Of a DNA stretch of 64,000 nucleotides, positions 47,038-60,534 are shown piece after piece. Under the pieces are notes generated by a model. It ran no database searches and was not told the DNA's origin. It saw nothing but the letters and a program-made list of their open reading frames with translations. Within the stretch, counting starts at the first letter, position 1; each line of letters begins with the position of its first letter. The translations under genes were made by a program, and so were the position numbers. The stretch is taken from NCBI GenBank assembly GCA_004431415.1, contig QPMI01000434.1, positions 310,001 to 374,000 of the forward strand, given 5' to 3'. The stretch comes from Cyanophora paradoxa CCMP329. Taxonomy: Eukaryota > Plantae > Glaucophyta.

Positions 47038-50000
47038 ATGCGGAGGAGGAGCGGCGCCGCGGAGGTCGCTGCCCTGTTGCTTGCCGTCCTGGCGGTCGCC
47101 GCCGCGCAAGCGCCGACAATGACGTCGGTTCGTCCGGGCCCCAACGCTTCTCCTATGCGCTCTATCCAGAACGAGCCGATTGCGGCCCTCTACGTCGCAC
47201 CCCGCCGCGATGTCGCCGGCAGCCCACTTGTCTCTCGACGCCCGCTCGGCGGGCGCCTACGTCGCATGCGTTGCAGTGTGATTGGCCTCCTCTAGGGCGC
47301 CGCTTGACGCTCATGCGGCGCTGTCGCCTCTAGTTCTTGGGGCGGGCTGCTGTCGTACGAACCGAGCGCGTGCTGACCGACCCACGCCAGAAACTCATTG
47401 ACTCGCCGCTGAAAACAATTCGCTTTCTGCCGTGCGTGTCGCGTTCTGCACGTGGGTCGGTCGATCTGGTTCTGACGGGTTCTCTTGCGCAGCTCGCCCG
47501 GCTTTGACGTGAGCTGCTTGCACCTCAACCTGCTCTGCGTGCCCGGCGGCTGATCGCTATGATACGCGCAGCTCACATTCGCGCGGAGTCAGCGGAATCA
47601 AGTCTATCGCAGTTTGGACGGGGGCATCACCTGGACCAACGAGATGGCACGCATCTTGGACGACGAAGGGCAGGAGGCCCAAGGAATCAGCGCCATTTGG
47701 ATCAACCCCATCGATTCGAAGCGGGCGCGCGGACTCCCGCCGGCTTCGCGCCCGGCGGCGCGCTCGGCCCCCTTGCCTTATCGTGCGCCTCACCGCCGCA
47801 GATGTTCCTCGTGGGCTACGGCACTACCCACTGGCTGACAATCGACGGTGGCGAGAAATATGTTCCGATCCGCACGTCCCTCCACATCCAGTCTCTGCGG
47901 TGGCACCCGCGGCAGGTGGACTGGGCGCTCGCCTCCGTCATCGCTTCGTCCTGCTACGGGGAGGCCGGCCCGATGCCCCCCTCGGGCGGCGAGGGCTGCA
48001 ACATCCAGCTGCACCTCACGCAGGTTCGCCGGGCCAGGCGAGCGCACGCGCCGGTGCCTCGCTGCCCGCCCGAACGCCTCGCAGGACGCGGGCCGGACCT
48101 GGCGGCAGGTCTCCTCCTACGTGATCGGCTTCTCGTGGGGCATGCCAGACGCCCCCAACTACTCCGATACGCTCGCCTTCGTCTGCGGGACGAAGGACGG
48201 CTTCCGCAAGGGCAACCAGGACTTCTCGCAGTGGGACATGAACGCCGAGGTCCGCCGCACGGACAACCTCTGGAAGTCCGAAGGCACCGCCGTGCCGCGT
48301 GCGCCTGCGCCCAAGCCCCGCACCGCTCCGATGCCCTTCCTGACCCCCGGACTGCCTGCAGACGGCACTGCCTTTCTGTGGGTCGAGAGATTCCTCTTCG
48401 TCGGCCTCGTGCGCTAGCCCTCCGGGCGGCACGCGCTCTGCCCGCCCTCGCCCGCCTCACGCGCGCCCTGCCCCTCCGTCGCGCCGCAGCTCAACCCGCT
48501 GGAGCCGCAGGAGATCAAGCTGAAGGTGCGGGGTGGTGGGATCGATGGCTGTTTCCGCGCCCCGCGGCCTCCTCAGCGCGGGGAGCAGGTCAGCCGAGAC
48601 AACGGGAAGACCTTCGACGATGCGCTCTTCCCCTTCAGGCTGAGCGAGGCGGGGTACACGGTCCTGGACACGAGCCAAGGAGCCGTCTTCGTCTCCGTAG
48701 CCCACTCGTGCGAGCGCGACAGCGGCAACGTCTACCTCAGCAACTCCGCCGGTGCAGCGGGTCCGCGCGGAGGCGCAACCCGGGGGCCTCACCTCCTTCG
48801 CAGGAAACCGCTACAGCCTGGCAATCCGCGGGGTGCCGAGGAACGCAGTCGGCAAGACCGACTTCGAGAAGGCGAGCGGCGCCGGTACTCCGCCCCTTCC
48901 CTCTGTGCTGACTTTGTGGTTCTCCGCGCCCAGATCAAGAGCCTCGAGGGCGTCTATGTGGCCAACACGTTCGGGAGCGGCCGCCTGGGCCCGTACTTCC
49001 CCCCGGAGGGCGGGCAGGAGCGGCGCCGCCCGCTCCGCACGCGCATCTCCTTCAACAAGGGGTCTTTTTGGATGAAGGTGCGGCCGCCCTTTGTCGACGC
49101 GAACGGCGCGCCGTATGTGGACAGCGACGGCACGCCCTGCGAGTCCGTCTGGAAGAACCCTGAGAACGTTCCCGAGGTGCCCGACGATCTCGAGCCCCCT
49201 GCCGCTCTAGATCTCCTTAGTTCCCTCGCGCAGGACTCGGAGTGCCAGCTGCAGCTCCACATGGCGGCGGAGGGTGCGCCGCTCTCACGGCGCTGACTGC
49301 GGGACCGCCGGCCGGCCGCGGCCTCTGAAGCCGGCTGCAGACAAGTATGCGCCGATCTACTCGCACCCGAACGCGACGGGCATCGTCATCGCGACGGGCA
49401 ACGTGGGCTCCTACCTCCAGGACCGCGACGAGCAGGCGCGCCTCGCCCTCGCCCCGAGCCGGCGTTGCAGCGCGCCGCGCGCGAGCCCCGGGCCCGCGCA
49501 GGTCAACACGTTCCTCTCCCGCGACGGCGGCCTCACATGGTGCGGAGCCTGCAGGGAGACCGCAAAGCGTTTTGAGCGCTGAGGCTTCTTTGGCAGGACG
49601 GAGATCGCGAAGGGGAGCCACGTGTACGAGTTTGGGGACCACGGCTCGCTTCTCGTCGCTGTGCCCAACCTCGTCGCCACCAAGACCCTCAAGCGCGCCC
49701 CGCCGGGCCCGCGCCCCGCGCTGCGGCCGGACTGGGCCCGTCTGACCGACTCAAACGGCCCGCTGCAGGTACTCGTGGGACGAGGGGAAGACGTGGCGCA
49801 ACTTCGACTTCAGCGACGTCGACGTCTCCGTCGACAACGTCGTCGCATGTGCGCGCTCCACCGCTTGCGCTTTCCTTCGTGCCCTGATCCCCTGCAGCGC
49901 CGCACGCGGTGGAGAGCGATTTCGTCCTGTACGGGTCCCGGGGCGCCCAGGCGAGCCGGCCCGCCCCTTTGCTGACGCCCGGGCGCCGTTGAGTGATCCC

Positions 50001-51882
50001 CGGCACCCCAGGGCGTCATCGTGCACGTCGACTTCTCCACTCTGCACATGCGCATGTGTACGCGGGATCGCCGCTGTTCCATTACAGCTTAGCGTGCCGC
50101 GCTTCTCGGCCGACCGCGCCGCGCAGGCAAGGGCGTGGACGCGCCGAACGCCCCGGACTCGGACTACGAGACCTGGACTCCGGGCGCGCACGACACCGAG
50201 GTGCGGGCGGGCCGCGCCCCTGCACCCGGCTGGCACTCACGCCCGGTTGCCGGCAGTGCGTGCTTGGCCACACGATCACGTACGTGCGGAGGAAGCGGGA
50301 CAGCGAGTGCGACAACCCGGAGACCCAGCAGCGCAAGGCGCGGCGCCGCCCCTCGCGCCCCTCGCCTCGCCCCGCTCAGCGCCCGCCCGCAGATCTCGCG
50401 GAAGACCTGCGCCTGCACCGAGGCGGACTTCGAGTGGTGCGCCGCGTCGTGGCCGGCGCTTCTTGAAGTCAGCGCTGACTGCCTTCCAGCGCGTACGGGT
50501 TCGAGCGGGACTACGACCAGGGCCCCTGCAAGGTTCCTTCTGGCTCTGCCCCCGCGCCCCCCGGACCGCGCGCCCACGCGGCATCCGTGCAGCCGCTGTG
50601 GCCGGTGCAGAACAACATCCCGATCGACTGCCCGGACGGCTCCACCTTCTTCGTCACCAACGGCTACCAGGTCCGCTCCGCGAGCCGAGCCAGCCCACAC
50701 GCGTCCAAGCCGACCGAAGCCAAGTCTTAGCCTAGTCGAGCTCTAATCGCCCCCTCTCACGTCGAGGGCGGTGGCAGCGGGTGGCGGGGGATACGTGCGA
50801 CATCAACGACCCGAGCGTCTCGAACGAGTTCCGCCGCATCCACGAGCCCTTCTCGACGCAGGTGCGCCCATGCAGAACAGAGCAAGGCCGCCGGGCTGCG
50901 CTGGGCTCTCCATTTGCCTCGATTGAAACGCCCGAACCCCTTATCTTTCGCCCCCGTCCTCACCGCACTTGCGGCGCAGTGCCCGACGCGCGGCGGCCAC
51001 GGCTGGCTCGTCTTCCTAGTCGTCTGCTGCGTCCTCGGCGCCGCCGCCGCCGCCGGCGCATTCCTCTACCGCTACCGCAACTCGGACAGGTCGGTCATTC
51101 TCACCCACAACCCTCCCCTCGTCCTCTGCCTCATCCCGCGCGGCAGTCTGGGCGCCGTGAAGGAGCTCTGGAGCCGCTGGGAGGCAAAGCTGGGGCAGGC
51201 ATCCGCCGGCCGCTTCTCCCGCGTCCGCTACTCGGGGTCCGCTTGTATTGACTTGAAGCAAACGCCGTATAACAAAGCTAACATTTAGCGTCGCCATCCC
51301 GGTGCAGGCTGAGCGGGGCGGAGGGGGCGGAGGGCCTGCTGGACGACGACATGGACGCGGAGGCGAGCGCGGAGCCGCTGCCAGAGCCCACCTCGAGCAA
51401 CGCCACGTGCGCCCCCGCGTTCATTCCCTGCTTCAATCCGCGCTGCGCTGCGCTGCGCTGTGCTACGCATGGTGGGCTGACGTGAAAGCAGGTACTCCTT
51501 TGCCGGCGGCGCGGGCCGCCGGCCGGGCCAGCAGGCCGCCCCGACGGTCGCGAGCCTGTCCGCGGCGGCAGCGGCCGGCGCCGGCTCAGGCCCCGCGACC
51601 GCAAGCCCCAAGGCCCAGCCGGCCGGAGCCGCAGCGGGGGCCTCTTCCCTCTTCGACATAGGCGACTTCGGGCAGCTGACAGCGGCGGCGGCCCCGGGGC
51701 CCGCGCCCCCCCTACCGCCCCCGCCCCGGACGAGGCCCGCCGTCGCGGGGATGTCGATGGCACCCGCGGCCGCGGCGGGGCCCTCGGGACCCCCGGCGCC
51801 GCCCTCGCCCCCAAGGACGGCCATGCCGCCCGCGGGGGCCAGCCTTCTCGACGACGACGTGCTCGGGAAGGGCTCGAGCTGA
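47038..51882 (+). CDS. VPS10/sortilin-family receptor (signal peptide, BNR repeats, 10CC region, TM helix, acidic tail)
   Basis: SLDGGITW, SRDNGKTF, SRDGGLTW, SWDEGKTW, DFEKIKSLEGVYVAN, CVLGHTITYVRRK, CACTEADFEC, TM LVFLVVCCVLGAAAAAGAFLY. Confidence 0.9.
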
Positions 51883-52154
51883 GGGCCGCACTGCGGCACA
51901 GCGCACGCTCCCGAGTCCTCCTCCTCCCCGCGCAGGCCTGAATTGCGCCTGCCCCTGTAATATCTCCTGCAGATTCTAGAACTTCGGAAATTCAGTTACT
52001 CTCAGAGGCCAGACATTACCTGCAAATCATCATGGCATCATCTCCATGTACACTTTAGAATGCAAAAATCCAAGTTCGGGACTGAATTCGAAGTTGAGTG
52101 ATCATCGGATGCAATTATACACGCTATTATAATTCGTAGCCGTAGCGGCCGAGG

Positions 52155-52835
52155 CTACGGCGCGGTCCATGGCCTGCTGCGCAGGAACGCGGCGGGCTCG
52201 TAGGCGGCGACCCCTGCGCACCCCGTGAGCGAGGGGTCCGCGCAGTTGAAACGAATGGTGCGGGTGGCGCACCCTTCAAAACGCGGATGGTCGCGCCTGG
52301 GCCGATGCCGAAATCTGATATGCACTTGATGCTGCCCAGCTCTATCCACAATCGACGGCCTTCGAACAGCATGATTTGCTGCGGCTGCTTGAGCTCGAAT
52401 TCGCCTGTCGGAGCGATAAGTGACAAGAACGGGCGAGGGGGGCAAAGATGTGCGTACGTTCTATCAATTGTATAAGATACATAATCGAGCAATGGCCTGT
52501 GATTTCGATCTTGATCTCCTTTGTGGGGGAAACTCTGCACGTGAAGCAGTGAGCTGCCGCACGCCGCAGCGCTAGCAGCCCCTCTGCGATGCGGCAGCTC
52601 ACTTCTTCACTTTGCCGCCCTTCCCCTTGCCTGCACGTGAAGCAGTGAGCTGCCGCACGCCGCAGCGCTAGCTAACCCCTCCTCGATGAATGCACTGACC
52701 TTTTCCCTTGCCGCCTTTTGCCTCCTTCGCTTTCTTCAAGGCGGCAAGGGGAAAGGTCAGCGCATTCATCGGAGAGGGGGTAGCTAGCGCTGCGGCGTGC
52801 CTTATCAGCCTCGGTTTCAAGCTCGGGGATGTCTG
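52155..52835 (-). CDS. Small protein with a GK-rich stretch and a ubiquitin-like C-terminal domain (5' end not located)
   Basis: Spliced ..KAKEAKGGKGKGKGKGGKVKKVSPTKEIKIEI..QQIMLFEGRRL..ISDFGIGPGATIRVL. Confidence 0.55.
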
Positions 52836-53308
52836 CCGTCCGACAGCGTCAGAGCGCCCAGCTCAGGCACAGAGTTCATATCTAAAGCGAACGAACCTGG
52901 TATAAATGACGGATTCGGCCCTATGACCGTGAGTGGTCCCTTCCAGACGCTGGTGCGCGGGCGGTCCATCTTCTAACGCGCCCCTCTGTAGCGACGCGCT
53001 GAGCGCTGACCGTCTCTCGCTTAGCTATGGATTCTGGCGGTTCGTCAGGCGAGCCTCCGCTGTCTGTTGCAGATCGCGAATCCTCGGCTTGCGAATCGTT
53101 CGTGCAGCGGTAGGACGTTCGTGGAGGCGTCTAGCAGCTGCTATGAATCTTTGTGCAGGGTGGCGCAGGAGCGGCCGAGGGAAAGCCTCTTTTGGATTGC
53201 GGTGCCTGGGTACGGCCGCTCTTCGTGCGCGACTCGGGAACGCGGCTGATTGAGTGCCGGACACACTCTAGCAGCGCAGAAAAAGAAGGACGCGCACCCC
53301 AGCGTTCG

Positions 53309-56287
53309 ATGGCGGCCGCGGCGGCTCCGCCGCCAGCCGGTCCGCCAGGCTCCGCTCCGTCCGCGCAGGCGCTTGTTTCGCGGGACGCGTTCCTGGACCC
53401 TGCCTTCGACCCCAGCACATTCGTCTCCGACCTGCGGAAGCATGTGCCCCTGGAGCAGCTCCGCAACGAGGTGCGTTCGCCGCCAACCCTCCAAGCGCGT
53501 CCGTGGCAGGGCTGACCGCGTGTTCCGCGCGCCGCAGCTCAACAAGCACTTCCAGTCCTTGCGGAATGAGGTGCGGTCGCTCTCGCTCATCGCTCCTCGC
53601 GGCCCGCTGACCCGCCCGCAGCTGCTCGAGCTCATCAACCGGGACTTCGACCAGTTCGTCTCGCTGTCGACCAACCTCGTCGGCGCGGACCGCATGATAG
53701 CGCAGCTAAAGCAGCCACTCAAGGTTCTGCGCGAGGACATTGCGGTGAGTGCCTCGGCGCGCATGGCCATCGCTGCCGCGGTCTGACTTGCCGGTTCGCG
53801 CGCAGGGCGTCCAGGATGCGGTGGTGGAGCAGATGCGAGCGCTGCAGGGCAAGCTGGACGAGCGCAAGGAGCTCGCCGAGCAGCGGTCGTACCTGCAGCT
53901 CTTCATCAACATCGCCACCGTCGTGCAGCACATCGAGGAGCGCCTGCGCTCCGACGAGTGGGAGGGCTCGGGCGGGGGGCGCCCCGCGGGCATCGACGAC
54001 GTGCGCCGCTCCGCCCGCGGCCGGCCGCCCCCGGCTCGCACCTCACGCCGTCGCGCAGACGGGCTTCGACGTGGACGGGCGGGAGCTGGACGAGACCGGC
54101 ATCATCGTGCCGGAGGGCTCAGCGAACAGGGAGCTGGCGGCAAGCCGTCTGATCGAGCGCGTGGCGAACGAGTACAACAGGCTCGACTTCTACCTGAAGC
54201 GGGCCAAAGACTTGCCCTTCGCGCGGTCCCTCGACACGGTCCGCTCGCCTGGCCCCCGCTCCCGATCGCCTCCGACGCCGAGGGGCCGGCGGGCGTGCAG
54301 AGGGTGCTGTTCATCGAGAAGACGATCCGGGACAGGCTGGAGGAGACGTTCGCGGCGGGCCTGGAGAGCGGGGACCAGCAGGTCCTCTCCCACTGCCTGC
54401 GGGCCTTCGCCGCCATCGACGCGACCTCCCACGCCGAGAACCTCGTCCGCAAGCTCTGGGTCCAGCCCGCCATGCAGAAGGTCCTACCTGCCACGGCCCT
54501 GCGCCCCCGGCGCCCGCTCAGCCGGGCGCCGCAGATCATCCGGAAGGAGCGCTTCGAGCGGGCGAACGAGGGGCTCGCCGCCATCTACGACGACATCATC
54601 CGCTACGTGCAGGACAAGTTCGAGTGCGCCGCCGCGCCCTTGCGCCTCTCCCCGCGCCCTCGCTGCACGCTCGGCTCACCGGCGCCGGCCCGGCAGCACG
54701 CTGATCGAGCTCACGGGAGGGGAGTCGGCGCAGTCGTCCTCGGGGGGCGTCCGCGGCTTCAACTTCCTGGCGAACAGCCTGTGGGCCGAGGTGGAGGAGG
54801 TGCTCTCCAACGCGACCCCCTTCGTCTTCGCGACGGGCATCCCGGACTCGTTCCACCAGAACTACCTCCTCTCCATGGCCTTCCTCGACCGCGTCGAGCG
54901 CTTCTGCAAGACGCGCGAGTCGGTGCAGGCGTTCCGCAACCACGCCGCCTACAGCCGCTTCCTCCGCCGCTGGGGCCTCCGCGTCTACTTCCAGCTCCGC
55001 TTCTACGAGGTCTCCTCCAAGCTCGACGCCGCCCTCTCCCGGGGCGTCGAGGTTCTCGCCTCGCCCTCCCCCGCCGGCTATCGCCTCGACGCCGGGGCCG
55101 CTGTGGAGGAGGCGACGGAGCGCTGCCTTGCCCCCGAGGTCTTCCTCCCCATGCTCGCCCACCAGTTCGCCAAGCTCGCCCTCCAGTGCATCGCCCGCTA
55201 CAAGAACTGGCTTACGGCCGGCCTCCAGCAGGCCTGTCCCCGGCCCCGGCCCGGCCGACCGTTACCGCGGCGGCGCTGAGCCCCGGCGCAGGTGCTGAGC
55301 GGCGCCCAGTCTGGCGCCGCGGCGCCGCAGGCGGGGTGGGCCGCCCTCGCCCCCGAGCAGTACATCCTGGCGTACCACGACACGGAGCTCCTCCTCACAC
55401 GCGTCCGCCCCCGCCCCGCGCGCCTTCGCCCCGCCAGGCCGGCCCGCGACGTCGGCTCACGGCGCGTCTCGCGCAGTTCCAGTCGCGGGTCCCGGCGGCG
55501 CTTCGGAAGCGGATGGAGGCGCTCTCGGGCAAGCTCCCCGAGGACTTCGGCGAGCGTGCGCCCCCGCCCTCTCCCCCTTTGCGTCGCATCTTCCTCGCGG
55601 TCGACCGCCGACCGCAGGGCTCTGCCGGGAGTCGGCGGAGAGCGTGCGGGCAGTGCTGCCCGAGCTCTCCAAGATCATCACGTCCCACGTGCTCTCCAAG
55701 TGCCTCGAGAACCTGCAGGCCGTGCGGGGCGTCACGGCCATGTACCGCATGACGAACAAGCCGCCGCCGACGAAGCCCTCGATGTACGTCGCGACGATTC
55801 TGCAGCCTCTGGGCCAGTTCGCGCAGGAAGTCGAGGCCTCCTCGCTCGTCTCGCGGGCCGTGCTGCAGTCCTGGACGCTCGCCGCCGTCACCTCCGTCGC
55901 GGACCGCTACAACGAGATGACCACGGAGCTCATCACGACCGTCCGCAAGACCGAGAGCTCCCTCAAGCGCCTTCAGGCCAAGAAGCCGGCCGCCGGCCCC
56001 GCCGCCCCCGCCTCCGCCCAGGCCATGGGCGACACCGACAAGGCCCGCCCCGCTTCCTTCCCCCTCTGGCCTTTCCCCACCCCTACCATTCCATCTCACG
56101 GCGCCTCGCCCCGCAGATCTGCCTGCAGCTGTACCTGGACGTGGAGGAGCTGGGGCGCCTGATGAAGAAGCTGGGCGTGGAGGCGGCGTCGCTGGCCTCG
56201 TTCGCCTCCCTCCACGATCTCGTCTACGCCGAGAGCGAGAAGTTCCTGCCGCTCCTCGCCCAGCAGGCTCCCCCAGCCGCCCCCTAG
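53309..56287 (+). CDS. COG2: Conserved oligomeric Golgi complex subunit 2
   Basis: FDPSTFVSDLRKHVPLEQLR, LLELINRDFDQFVSLSTNLVG, RWGLRVYFQLRF, YRMTNKPPPTKPSMYV, DTDKICLQLYLDV. Confidence 0.93.
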
Positions 56288-56391
56288 CCAGCCGCCGCCC
56301 CCCGCGCACCGCATCTCGTCTAAGTACAGCTCACGTGTCTACGCTGCACGCATATTCACATCTCGCCTCGCCGAGTACATTTAATCCGCGC

Positions 56392-58276
56392 CTACAAGCT
56401 CGGTGCGAGGGGCGCTGCCGCCGCCGCCGGAGGCAGGGCGGGGAACTTGTTCTCGACGAGGTAGCGGAAGCACTGCATGATGTAGTTCTTCTCCTGCCGG
56501 ATCTCTTTCGACAGGAGCTTCTGCAGCAGCGTCCGCGGGTGGGTCGGCGCCGGCGGCGGCCGCGGCGGCGCCGGCTTCGCCCCCGGCTGCGCAGCTGAGG
56601 TGTTAGGGCTGCGATGAGGAAATGATGTTACGCGAAAAGCACCTGGAGGTCGTGGGAGAAGCCGCAGCGGCCCCCGAGCTTGCAAAAGCCCCGCGCGAAG
56701 TACTTGCACGGCGGCCGCTGGTGCCTCCTCTCGCCGGCCTGCTCGGGGCGGCCCGGCGCCCGGCCCGCCGGCGCCGGCTGCTGCTTGCTGCTGTCGGTGC
56801 TGGTGCTTCCTGTTGGAGGGCGCAACGGCTCCGTGTGCGCTTCTCCGTGCCCGGCCGGGCCTGCCGGGGCGGGCGGGTGCACGGGACCGGCCTCCGGCCG
56901 GCCGCCCGCGTGCGGGACTTTCCGGGGAGACGCCTTGCAGCTCTCTGTTGATCCGTCGAGGTCCGTCAGGGAGCCCTCCACATGGGCGGGCGCATCCTTA
57001 AAGCTGTACTCCTCGGGCGCCCCGTCCGAGTCCCTCTCCTCGCCCTCCTCCCCGTCAAAAAAGTGCTCGTGGGACTGGCTGACTGCTGGCGAGTCCGGCG
57101 GCGGATGCGGGTGTGGGTGCTCGTGGGGGGGATGTTCCAGGGGCGGCGGCTGCTTGACGGACTCTGGGGGCGCCGGCTGGAGCTGCTGCGTCACAGGCGG
57201 GGTCGGCGCCCCGCCCTCCTCTCCTCGACCGCCGCCTAAAATCTGGGATCAGCGCAAGCTGAAATCATAAGAATGCATCAATGACACCTTCGTAATGGTC
57301 GGGATTCCCGTGGTAGCCGCTATGACTGTAGCCGCCCCGCCCGCCCCGCTGCTGGTAGCTGCCGCCGCGAAGCCCGCCGCGCCCGCGCCATCCCCCGCGC
57401 CCCTCTTGGAGGAGGATGTGTGTCTGGTCCGGCTCGCGCTCGTGCTGGTGATGCTGGAAGCCGCCGCGCCCGCCGCGCCCGCGCCCCCGGCCGCGCTGAT
57501 CGCGGTTGAAGAGTGGCCTGCGTGAGCGGTCGTCCACAATCTCTCCGCGAGCCCTCCTGTTCTCGTCTTCATGTTTCTGCGCCGCTCGCATCGTTAGCTG
57601 AAGCAACGCCTCGGCAAGCGATAGCGGCGTGCCTTGCGCTCCACGTTGGATTCGCTGGGCCAGTGCTTCCTGCGCTCTGCGCGCCATCGCTCGATTTCTT
57701 CCGGCGTGTCCAAGATGATCGGCTTGCGAGACGAGCTGCGTTGACGCTTTAGACGATCAAACGTGTCTAAATACGTGCCGCGCACCTCACGCCGTTGTGA
57801 GCGTCGTGGACGTGCTCGAAGACGACTTTCTTGGATGCGACGAAGCTACAGTCATCGCGAGGGCACTTCACATGCTTCGCTTTGTGCTCTTCAAGCTGCC
57901 GCTGCTGCTGGAAGCCGCGATCGCAGGCCTCGCAGAAGTAATTTTCCCTGCAAGCTCGCGTCAGAGCGAGCAGGCTCTCTCTGAAAAAACGCGCTCACGG
58001 CTCAGGTTCACGTGGCCGCTTCCGCTGCCCGTAATGCGGCGGAGGTGGGTACCCGCCGTACGTGTTGTGGTGCACTGGCGGATGCGGGGCGTATGGGGGC
58101 ATGTACGCGCCCGTCACAGGCGCGAGCGACGCTCCGTACAGCGGCGGGGGCTGCGTCCCTGTTAAGAGCGCCAGGCGCGATCCGATCGCACGGCGCACCG
58201 CGGGCGTCCCAAGCAGGCCGTGTCCGCCCAGGTACATCGTGGGGGGAAGCGGCGGAGCGAACGGAGACGGGAACAT
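56392..58276 (-). CDS. NUFIP1: NUFIP1/Rsa1-like box C/D snoRNP assembly factor with a CCCH zinc finger
   Basis: LDTPEEIERWRAERRKHWPS, CKYFARGFCKLGGRCGFSH, LLQKLLSKEIRQEKNYIMQCFRYLVENKF. Confidence 0.85.
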
Positions 58277-58372
58277 CGTAGCGGCTGGATGCAGCACCGC
58301 GTACCCCTCAAGGCTGCATCCGAGTGCATCGGCGGCATCGCTGCGGCATCAAAGCGCATCCCGGCGCGGGCG

Positions 58373-60534
58373 ATGTCGGCGAGTCGCGGAACGCCACAGT
58401 GGCCCTCATCTTTCGGGAGAGGCGCTTCTCTGCTAGGTCGCAGCGCGACCTCGAGGTCGCTGCTGCGCGACAGCGGTGTTCCTGCCGGGCACCGCTCGCA
58501 AGATGCGGTGGATAGGATAGAAGAAGGGCCCGTGCAGCCCTCGCGCACGTACGGCACCGCTGGCGACTTAGTGGGCAAGGTGTGTGCGGTGACCTTTGAC
58601 GCGCCCTTTCGATCTAGCTACCGGCACGGGCGCGCGCGCTGCTATCGGCTAAAGGAGCGCTTATGAACGCTTATTCATGCGTGCGCACTGCGCAGGTGCA
58701 CGTTATCGGCGATGACGAAAGTCGGCCGCTTCTTGACGGAACGCTGGGAGACTTTGAGGGACACTCCACTTTCCTGCAGAGCTTCTTCAACTCCGTCAAC
58801 ATTCTCTGCGGAGTTGGCATCTTGGCTTTTCCTTTCGCACTCATGAAGAGCGGCTGGGTGGGCTTGCTGTTTATGGCATTCCTAGCTATCGTCACAAACT
58901 ACACCGGCAAAGTGAGTGGCTTGAACAGTGAATGGAAGGCCCAGCTCACCCATACGCAGTGCATTGCATACTGCATGCAAGCGCAACCGGGGATCCAGAG
59001 CTACCCCGAAATAGGGCAGGCGGCTTACGGGGACAAGGGTCGGCCAGGACCCCCAACTTGACGGCTTGCTTTGCCGATTTCGTTCCGTGCACAGGCCGGC
59101 TTCTGATCTCGGCGATATTATACACCGAGCTTTTCTGCACGTTGTCTCTCTTTTTCATTCTGGAGGGAGACAACCTCACTCAGGTTTGCACATGCAGCAG
59201 TCTCCTAAACTGCCTACATGCCCTTTACGCCCTTTCGAACAGCTCATCTATCCTCGGATTGGTATCGAGCATCGAGCAGCGACAAGAAATATGTTCATGG
59301 CGTTGACCGCCATTGTCGTCCTGCCAACTTCCTGGTTAAGAGATCTGTCATACCTGTCATACGTTTCTGTTCTTGGCATGATCTCGGCTTTCTTCCTTCT
59401 GGGAGTTGTTGTGCGTCGCTTTGCTTCGGAGTTTCGGCGCTGAAGACGATGCATCCAATTAGCATTACAGGTCAACGATGGCATCACAGGAGGAATGCTC
59501 GAGGGGCTGGACCTGTCCGACACAAAGACGTTCCGGTATTTTGTATTTGTTGATTTCAGTAAACTGCACATGCCATGGGTGTGAACCTTGCCAGAATAAT
59601 TAATGTGGACAATCTTCCGCTGATGTTCGGATTGGTGTCGTTCGGCTTCGCGGGTCATGCAGTGGTTGGTAGTCACTCTTATGCTTCTTCTTGCTGCTTA
59701 CCATCAATTTGAGCAGTTTCCAAACATATACACGTCCATGAAGGACAAGCGCCAGTACAAACGGATGCTCGACTTTTCATATGTTGTTGTGATGATTGCA
59801 TACAGCGCAATGGCAGTTTTCGGATGGTTGCAGTATAGGGACGACACAGATCAACAAGTCACCTTGAATCTCCCAGAAGGGCTTGTTTCCCAGATTGCGA
59901 CAGCCCTCATCTGCGTAAATCGTGAGCATACGTTGAATTTCCCATGCTTGGTCACGTTGTTAATGGCATACTCCAGCTATAACCAAGTTCTCCCTCACGC
60001 TCAATCCCATCGGCCTTGGGGTGATTATGTGCAGCATGTGGGCTTGCCTTCTGCAGCTGACAGCCGATCAGATTGAAGAGCTGTTCACTTTCAAATCACC
60101 TTTCGGCAATCGGGCTTTCAGCATATGTATCCGGTCTCTCCTCGTATTTTCTTCCCTCATTGTAGCAATGGTTATTCCATTCTTCGCCTATGTTCTTTCT
60201 TTTATTGGAGCATTCATGACGGTGAGTTGACTCCACACAACCCTATCCTGTTCTATTTCCCTGCCTGCATCGACACCCCATATTTCAGATGGCAGTGTCT
60301 GCTGTCTTCCCCGCTCTCTGCTACATGAGGTTATACAAGGGGAAGCTAGGCTGGCACATCTTGCTGTGGAACTGGCTCGTTGTGATTATTGGTACGATTT
60401 GTGCCATTTCTGGGTCCTGGATCGCGGCCGTCCAGATGTGCGTACCTGCACCTTGCCTGAAATTCCAGCGCTTATTCTTTCGCAGCATGCACGAGTGGCA
60501 AAAGAAATCTTCGTGGCAGATTCGACCCTCCTAA
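58373..60534 (+). CDS. Vacuolar amino-acid transporter, AVT1-like (Aa_trans family)
   Basis: STFLQSFFNSVNILCGVGILAFPFA, TNYTGK, SYPEIGQAAYG, LEGDNL, LSYVS, FAGHA, FPNIYTSMK, VTLNLP. Confidence 0.92.

Noticed and set aside
47128-47571. Unusually long first intron of VPS10 as a possible snoRNA host
   Set aside because: No canonical box C (RTGATGA) with terminal stem could be identified
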